A DNA stretch of 64,000 nt. Origin: Gammaproteobacteria bacterium (lineage in GTDB: Bacteria > Pseudomonadota > Gammaproteobacteria > Steroidobacterales > Rariloculaceae). The stretch lies in the NCBI GenBank assembly GCA_039933105.1, contig JBDTOT010000020.1, positions 13,682 through 77,681 on the forward strand, written 5' to 3'. Under the pieces are notes generated by a model, which was not told the DNA's origin, ran no database searches, and saw only the letters and a list, made by a program, of their open reading frames with translations. Numbering within the stretch: position 1 is the stretch's first letter; each line of letters begins with the position of its first letter. The translations under genes were made by a program, and so were the position numbers. Positions 60,301-64,000 of the stretch are shown in pieces.

Positions 60301-61003
60301 CAACGCCCCGTCCTCGATCGTGCGCGCCGCCGTGCTGTACGTGTTCCGCACGTTCGTGCACGAAAATATTCCGTTGAATGCCGGCTGCATGGAGCCGCTG
60401 ACGATACGGTTGCCGCGCGCAAGCCTTCTAAGCCCCGCCTATCCCGCAGCCGTGGTCGCGGGCAACGTCGAGACGTCGCAGTGCATCACCGACGCGCTGC
60501 TGGCCGCGCTCGATGCCTGCGCGGCTGCACAAGGCACGATGAACAACTTCACGTTTGGCAACGCGCGCCACCAATACTATGAGACCGTGTGCGGTGGGGC
60601 GGGCGCCGGACCCACGTTCGACGGCGCGAGCGCCGTGCACACGCACATGACGAACTCGCGGTTAACGGACCCCGAGGTGCTCGAGCAGCGTCATCCCGTG
60701 CGCTTGCGCCGCTTCGCGATCCGCCGCGGCTCCGGCGGGCGCGGCGCGCATCACGGCGGCGACGGCATCGTGCGCGACATCGAATTTCTGGAGCCGATGC
60801 AGGCCGCGATACTCGCGAACCGTCGGCGTGTGCCACCGTTCGGTCTGCGCGGCGGAGAGCCGGGGCAATGTGGCCGGAACTTCGTCGTGCGCGCGAATGG
60901 ACGCGTCGAGGACCTGCCCGCAACCGCGGCAGTGGATCTTGCTGCGGGCGACCGATTCGTCATCGAGACGCCGGGCGGCGGCGGCTACGGTGCGCCGAGC
61001 TGA
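57386..61003 (+). CDS. Fused hydantoinase A/B type 5-oxoprolinase (ATP-hydrolysing)
   Basis: IDRGGTFTD, GTTVATNALLER, DMGGTSTD, SVNIKERLDFSCA, APHIPVHLGSM, GTMNN, TPGGGGYG. Confidence 0.92.
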   Translation: MNVDGGWEFWIDRGGTFTDIVARTPRGEIETLKLLSMNPGRYEDAAVAGVSQLLSGAPIGERHVAAVKMGTTVATNALLERRGEPTVLVITAGFEDAIRIGGQQRPDIFALDIRLPEMLYTRVIGVTERITAGGAIETPLDAVQLKRDLAHARDAGLRSVAIVLLHGYRYPQHEAAAEALARDLGFAQISVSHRVLPLPKLVVRGDTTLADAYLSPVLDRYVASVRRGLAAVLGDAPLLFMQSHGGLAAADHFRGKDSLLSGPAGGVVGMVHAARAVGVSEVIGFDMGGTSTDVALYAGELERTTDAVIAAVRISAPMLSINTVAAGGGSVLTFGGGRLRVGPESAGAHPGPACYRNGGPLTVTDANVLLGRVQPEFFPHVFGPAGNEALDATATANAFSFLAAKVAEATGEPRGVDELAAGFLKIAVERMANAIKQISVQRGHDVTRFALCSFGGAGGQHAAQVADALGVRTVLIHPLSGVLSAYGIGVADLRVVQQRAVEVLLDSTLLATLATGFSALADAALTELRAQGGDVSRATFEHRVRLKVAGADTSLAVTWELGTTLAALRRGFDELHARHFGFQADAQAALVAESVELEAVVANRGDSAEPAHLPRARGRPPKLGTRRLWCDGGWYDAPVYRRDALLAGATVRGPALIVEPHATTVVEPGWRATVHANATLVLTRARVRPRREVVAAAGDPVMLEVFNNLFMHVAEEMGIVLEHTAHSVNIKERLDFSCAVFAADGALIANAPHIPVHLGSMGDSVQSILHTHRPARGDSYLLNSPYAGGTHLPDMTVVTPVFDPSGKRLRYLVASRAHHADVGGRTPGSMPPDSHSIDEEGVLADGVRIVAAGEFLETEVRALLASGPYPARNPDQNIADFKAQLAANARGVLELDRLTRRFGVRTVTRYMGHVRRNAADCVRAAIDRLRDGTFRVELDGGEHIEVAVTIDHAAREAMIDFAGTSAQSAGNFNAPSSIVRAAVLYVFRTFVHENIPLNAGCMEPLTIRLPRASLLSPAYPAAVVAGNVETSQCITDALLAALDACAAAQGTMNNFTFGNARHQYYETVCGGAGAGPTFDGASAVHTHMTNSRLTDPEVLEQRHPVRLRRFAIRRGSGGRGAHHGGDGIVRDIEFLEPMQAAILANRRRVPPFGLRGGEPGQCGRNFVVRANGRVEDLPATAAVDLAAGDRFVIETPGGGGYGAPS

Positions 61004-61024
61004 CGGATCGTTTTGGCCGTTTCC

Positions 61025-61627
61025 CTAGGACTTCTGGCAGGTAGCCAGAAACATCGGGTACTGGCGCGGTCCATGCTCGACGACGAAGCAATCGCCAATG
61101 GCGACGTCGATGAAACCGGCGGTCGCCAGTGCCTTGCCGATCGCGCTGCGTTCGAACCCATGGTGCACGTCGACGTCGGGCCCATGGAACGAGCCGTCCT
61201 CGGCGTCGAGGTCGGCGATGCAGAGAAAGCCGCCCTTCTTCAGTAGCGTGTGAAATGCTGCGAGCCCGCGCGCGATATCCGCCACGTGATGCAGCGTCAT
61301 CATGCTGTACACGAGGTCGTAGCGTTGCTTGGGTACGGCATCGCGCATGACGTCGAGATCGGCCACGCGCATCTGTCTCTCGTTCGCCGCCAGGATCTTC
61401 CTTTCCGCCACGGCGCGCATGCCTGCCGACGTGTCGGCGAGCGTGATGGGCCCGAGCGTGTCGCGCAGGCAGAACGAAAGCAGACCGGTGCCCGCGCCAT
61501 ACTCGAGCGCCGTCATCGAGCGGCGCAGCGGCAGTGCCCGGCGCATACCCGATGCTACGGCTTCGGCTCGACGCACCTTGCTTTCGTCGTCCCAGGTTTC
61601 AGCGCGAGTGTCGAAGTCCGTCGGCAT
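61025..61627 (-). CDS. Class I SAM-dependent methyltransferase
   Basis: FDTRAETWD, LEYGAGTGLL, ADTSAGM, YSMMTLHHV, GGFLCIADLD. Confidence 0.9.
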   Translation of the reverse strand: MPTDFDTRAETWDDESKVRRAEAVASGMRRALPLRRSMTALEYGAGTGLLSFCLRDTLGPITLADTSAGMRAVAERKILAANERQMRVADLDVMRDAVPKQRYDLVYSMMTLHHVADIARGLAAFHTLLKKGGFLCIADLDAEDGSFHGPDVDVHHGFERSAIGKALATAGFIDVAIGDCFVVEHGPRQYPMFLATCQKS

Positions 61628-61633
61628 TTGGGT

Positions 61634-63199
61634 TCAGCCGAGATTCCGTTCAGCTTCGCGCACCTGCACCACCTCGGTCGTGAGGCTGAGCGCGTGATAG
61701 CGGAAGTCGTAGGTCAGGAACTCGTTCGGCCGACGCGGTGCGAACCCGACGCGCAGCGTAATAGCGACGTCGCGATCCGTCTCCGGTATGGCTGCGGGCC
61801 TGGTGCGGACGAAGAACGCTTGCTCGGGAGTGTTGCCGGCCAGCGCCTCGCCCTCCTTCAAACGCGCGAGGAAGATCCAGATCTGGCGCTCGAGCGCCGA
61901 CGCGAGCTGCGGGGTTCTCTGCGCGCGGAACACCCACCGTGTGTGCTGTTCGATCGAACGCAGCACGAACGCCGTCAGGCGCTCCGCGGACAGGTTCTGC
62001 GCCAACGCCTCGAGCGCCGCGCCGCCTGCAAAGCTCACATTGCCTTGCAGCGCAGCGATGCCGGGCTGGAGGCGCACGAACGTGTTCGCGCCCATGCGCT
62101 GCAACGTAGCGGCTTGCCGCAGACCGATGTCGACCACGGGCGCGAGGCTGCCCTTCAGCGTCGTGTCGACCGGCGGCATGTCGTGCCACACCCCGCGCCG
62201 ATCGCAACGCGCGAGCATACCGGCCACGACGCCGCACGCCGGCATTCCGGCGAGGTGCCGGCCGATATCGCCGCGTGCGCGCACGCGCGGAAAATAGGTG
62301 ATCGCATGCCGGCTCAGCTGGCTGGAGCCGCGCAACCCGAGCATGGCCGCATCCACGGTGGACCACGACCAGGGCGGATCCCAGATCAATAGCGCGCGGC
62401 GGCGCTCGCAGTAGCGCGTGGCCGCCAGAAAACTCGTGCTACCAATATCTCGTCCAGGTTGCGACGGCACGCAGATGAAGTCGACCTGCGGGCAGCGATC
62501 GAGAGCGAACAGCCCCGTGCCCTCGCCGTTCGAGCCGATGATGTCGTAGTCCGTGAGTTCGTCGCCGTCCGAGCCCGCGCCCGTGACGTTGATGTACGGA
62601 ATCGGTGCCCCCGGGTATGGCGGGCGTGTGGCGTCGGGACGGTATTTCGGCAGCGGGCCCACGAGCCGCACTAGATCCGAATCGTGTAACGCGTCGACGA
62701 CGAAGCGCTCGTCCGTCGGGTCCATCGACAGCGCTTCGAACAGCTCCTGATCCGCCACGAGCTCGGAGCCCAGACGATTGAGCCGTTGCACCACGAGATT
62801 GAACTTCGCGGGCATGCGTTCGACGCGATCGTAGTCGATCGAGACGCGCAACAGTTCGCGACCGCCCGGCTGGCGCGCCTGGACGCGCATGGTGTCGTGG
62901 CCGGCCGGAATGTCGATGGTCGCGCGTGTTGCACGATTTGCTACGCGGACGACTACCGCGGAGTCGCCACCATGCAGGAAGAAGTGCTGCACGGCGAAAG
63001 ACACGAAACTGAAACCCGAGTGGCCGCCGAATACGCGGCGATAGTCTTCGAAGCTGCGAATGGCGACGGGCTCGTTCAACGGGCCCCGTTCCGTGCGACC
63101 GATGAACGCGACGACAGTGCTTGCGACTAGAGGTATGACTTCTTCGCCGTGTTGGCCTTCGGCCGACTCCGGCGAGAGGTCGAGAGGTTCTGTCGCCAT
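61634..63199 (-). CDS. Contractile tail sheath family protein (eCIS/phage type), diverged and solitary
   Basis: AFIGRTERGPLNEP.IRSFEDY.R.FGG, AVQHFFLHGG..AVVVRV, GTGLFAL, YCERRRALLIWDPP, YFPR, GVVAGMLAR.D.RGVW, TPEQAFFV, VGFAPRRPNEF. Confidence 0.85.
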   Translation of the reverse strand: MATEPLDLSPESAEGQHGEEVIPLVASTVVAFIGRTERGPLNEPVAIRSFEDYRRVFGGHSGFSFVSFAVQHFFLHGGDSAVVVRVANRATRATIDIPAGHDTMRVQARQPGGRELLRVSIDYDRVERMPAKFNLVVQRLNRLGSELVADQELFEALSMDPTDERFVVDALHDSDLVRLVGPLPKYRPDATRPPYPGAPIPYINVTGAGSDGDELTDYDIIGSNGEGTGLFALDRCPQVDFICVPSQPGRDIGSTSFLAATRYCERRRALLIWDPPWSWSTVDAAMLGLRGSSQLSRHAITYFPRVRARGDIGRHLAGMPACGVVAGMLARCDRRGVWHDMPPVDTTLKGSLAPVVDIGLRQAATLQRMGANTFVRLQPGIAALQGNVSFAGGAALEALAQNLSAERLTAFVLRSIEQHTRWVFRAQRTPQLASALERQIWIFLARLKEGEALAGNTPEQAFFVRTRPAAIPETDRDVAITLRVGFAPRRPNEFLTYDFRYHALSLTTEVVQVREAERNLG

Positions 63200-63266
63200 T
63201 CTGCCCGCGATTGGGAAAAACGTATCTTAGCTTGCAGCGTGATTGGTTGCAGCATGTACGTGACGT

Positions 63267-63950
63267 TCACGCTCTTCGACGCGGCCGCCGCCGAGCCCGC
63301 GAAAACAGGCGAATCAACACAACACCGGCGACGAATCCGCCAACGTGAGCGGCGAAGGCAACGCCGCCCGCACCGGGCGCGGCCGCGACGGAGCTCAAGA
63401 GCTGCCCAGCGAACCAAATACCCAGCACTACGAGCGCCGGCACTCGAACCGTCGTGATGAAGATCAGTAGCGGCACCAGCACGAGGACCTTGGCGCGCGG
63501 GTACAGCACGAGATACGCGCCGAGCACACCCGAGATCGCTCCGCTGGCGCCGATCATCGGTATCTCCGATTGCGGATCGGCCAGGCCTTGGCCAAGAGCA
63601 GCCATGGCTCCGCACACGACATAAAACACGAGGAAGCGGCCCCGGCCCAAACGATCCTCGATGTTGTCGCCGAAGATCCAGAGATACAGCATGTTCCCGA
63701 GCAGATGGAGCCATCCGCCGTGCAGGAACATCGACGTGAGGATCGTCGTGCTCGCCGGTATCCATTGGCCTTCGAGCTCCGCGTTACCGAACAGCACCGC
63801 GGGAATGAACCCGAAGAGATAGGCCACCTGCTGCTGGCCGTTCGCCGATAACGAGAGCTGCCACAGGAATGCCAGCGTGCACACCGCAATCAGTGCGACG
63901 GTGACGACGGGCCGGGTTCGAACCGGGTTGTCGTCGCGTAGGGGGATCAT
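63267..63950 (-). CDS. Rhomboid family intramembrane serine protease
   Basis: MIPLRDDNP, SMFLHGGWLHLLGNM, GASGAISG catalytic Ser, AHVGGF catalytic His. Confidence 0.95.
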   Translation of the reverse strand: MIPLRDDNPVRTRPVVTVALIAVCTLAFLWQLSLSANGQQQVAYLFGFIPAVLFGNAELEGQWIPASTTILTSMFLHGGWLHLLGNMLYLWIFGDNIEDRLGRGRFLVFYVVCGAMAALGQGLADPQSEIPMIGASGAISGVLGAYLVLYPRAKVLVLVPLLIFITTVRVPALVVLGIWFAGQLLSSVAAAPGAGGVAFAAHVGGFVAGVVLIRLFSRARRRPRRRA

Positions 63951-64000
63951 GGGCCGGGCGAGCCCGGCGCGAGGCACCGCATCGCTGCGTGCCTAGCGAG

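Noticed and set aside
61025-64000. Prophage or complete eCIS locus around the sheath gene
   Set aside because: No integrase, att repeats, capsid, tube, baseplate or lysis genes seen, and flanking genes are ordinary cellular genes; sequence beyond 64000 cannot be assessed.

Overview
High-GC, densely packed chromosomal segment of a Gram-negative gammaproteobacterium. The lineage is inferred from gene content; a Steroidobacterales/Woeseia-like affinity is a guess. Most of the window is core housekeeping: pyrK (partial), three tandem type IV pilus retraction ATPases (pilT, pilU and an extra pilU-like gene), yggS-yggT-DUF4426, htpG, ppnN, htpX, an LPS block (two lpxL paralogues, kdkA, waaF, hldD), glnE, groES-groEL with a CIRCE operator and sigma32-like promoter, cutA-dsbD-tlpA, aroQ-accBC-prmA-DUF3426-fis-purHD, rho-trxA-rhlB, yrfG, cysQ and glk. 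From 42.5 to 57.2 kb lies a 14-gene MSHA-type type IV pilus cluster lacking mshM and mshN, followed by a fused 5-oxoprolinase/hydantoinase gene. The most unusual element is a solitary, diverged contractile tail-sheath gene of the eCIS/phage type (61634-63199), lying between a rhomboid protease and a SAM methyltransferase with no tube, baseplate or phage genes in the window. Rho carries an Asn/Ser low-complexity N-terminal extension, and DsbD has a duplicated N-terminal catalytic domain. I saw no rRNA, tRNA, CRISPR array, integrase or transposase. All product calls come from recalled motifs and synteny, not database searches.
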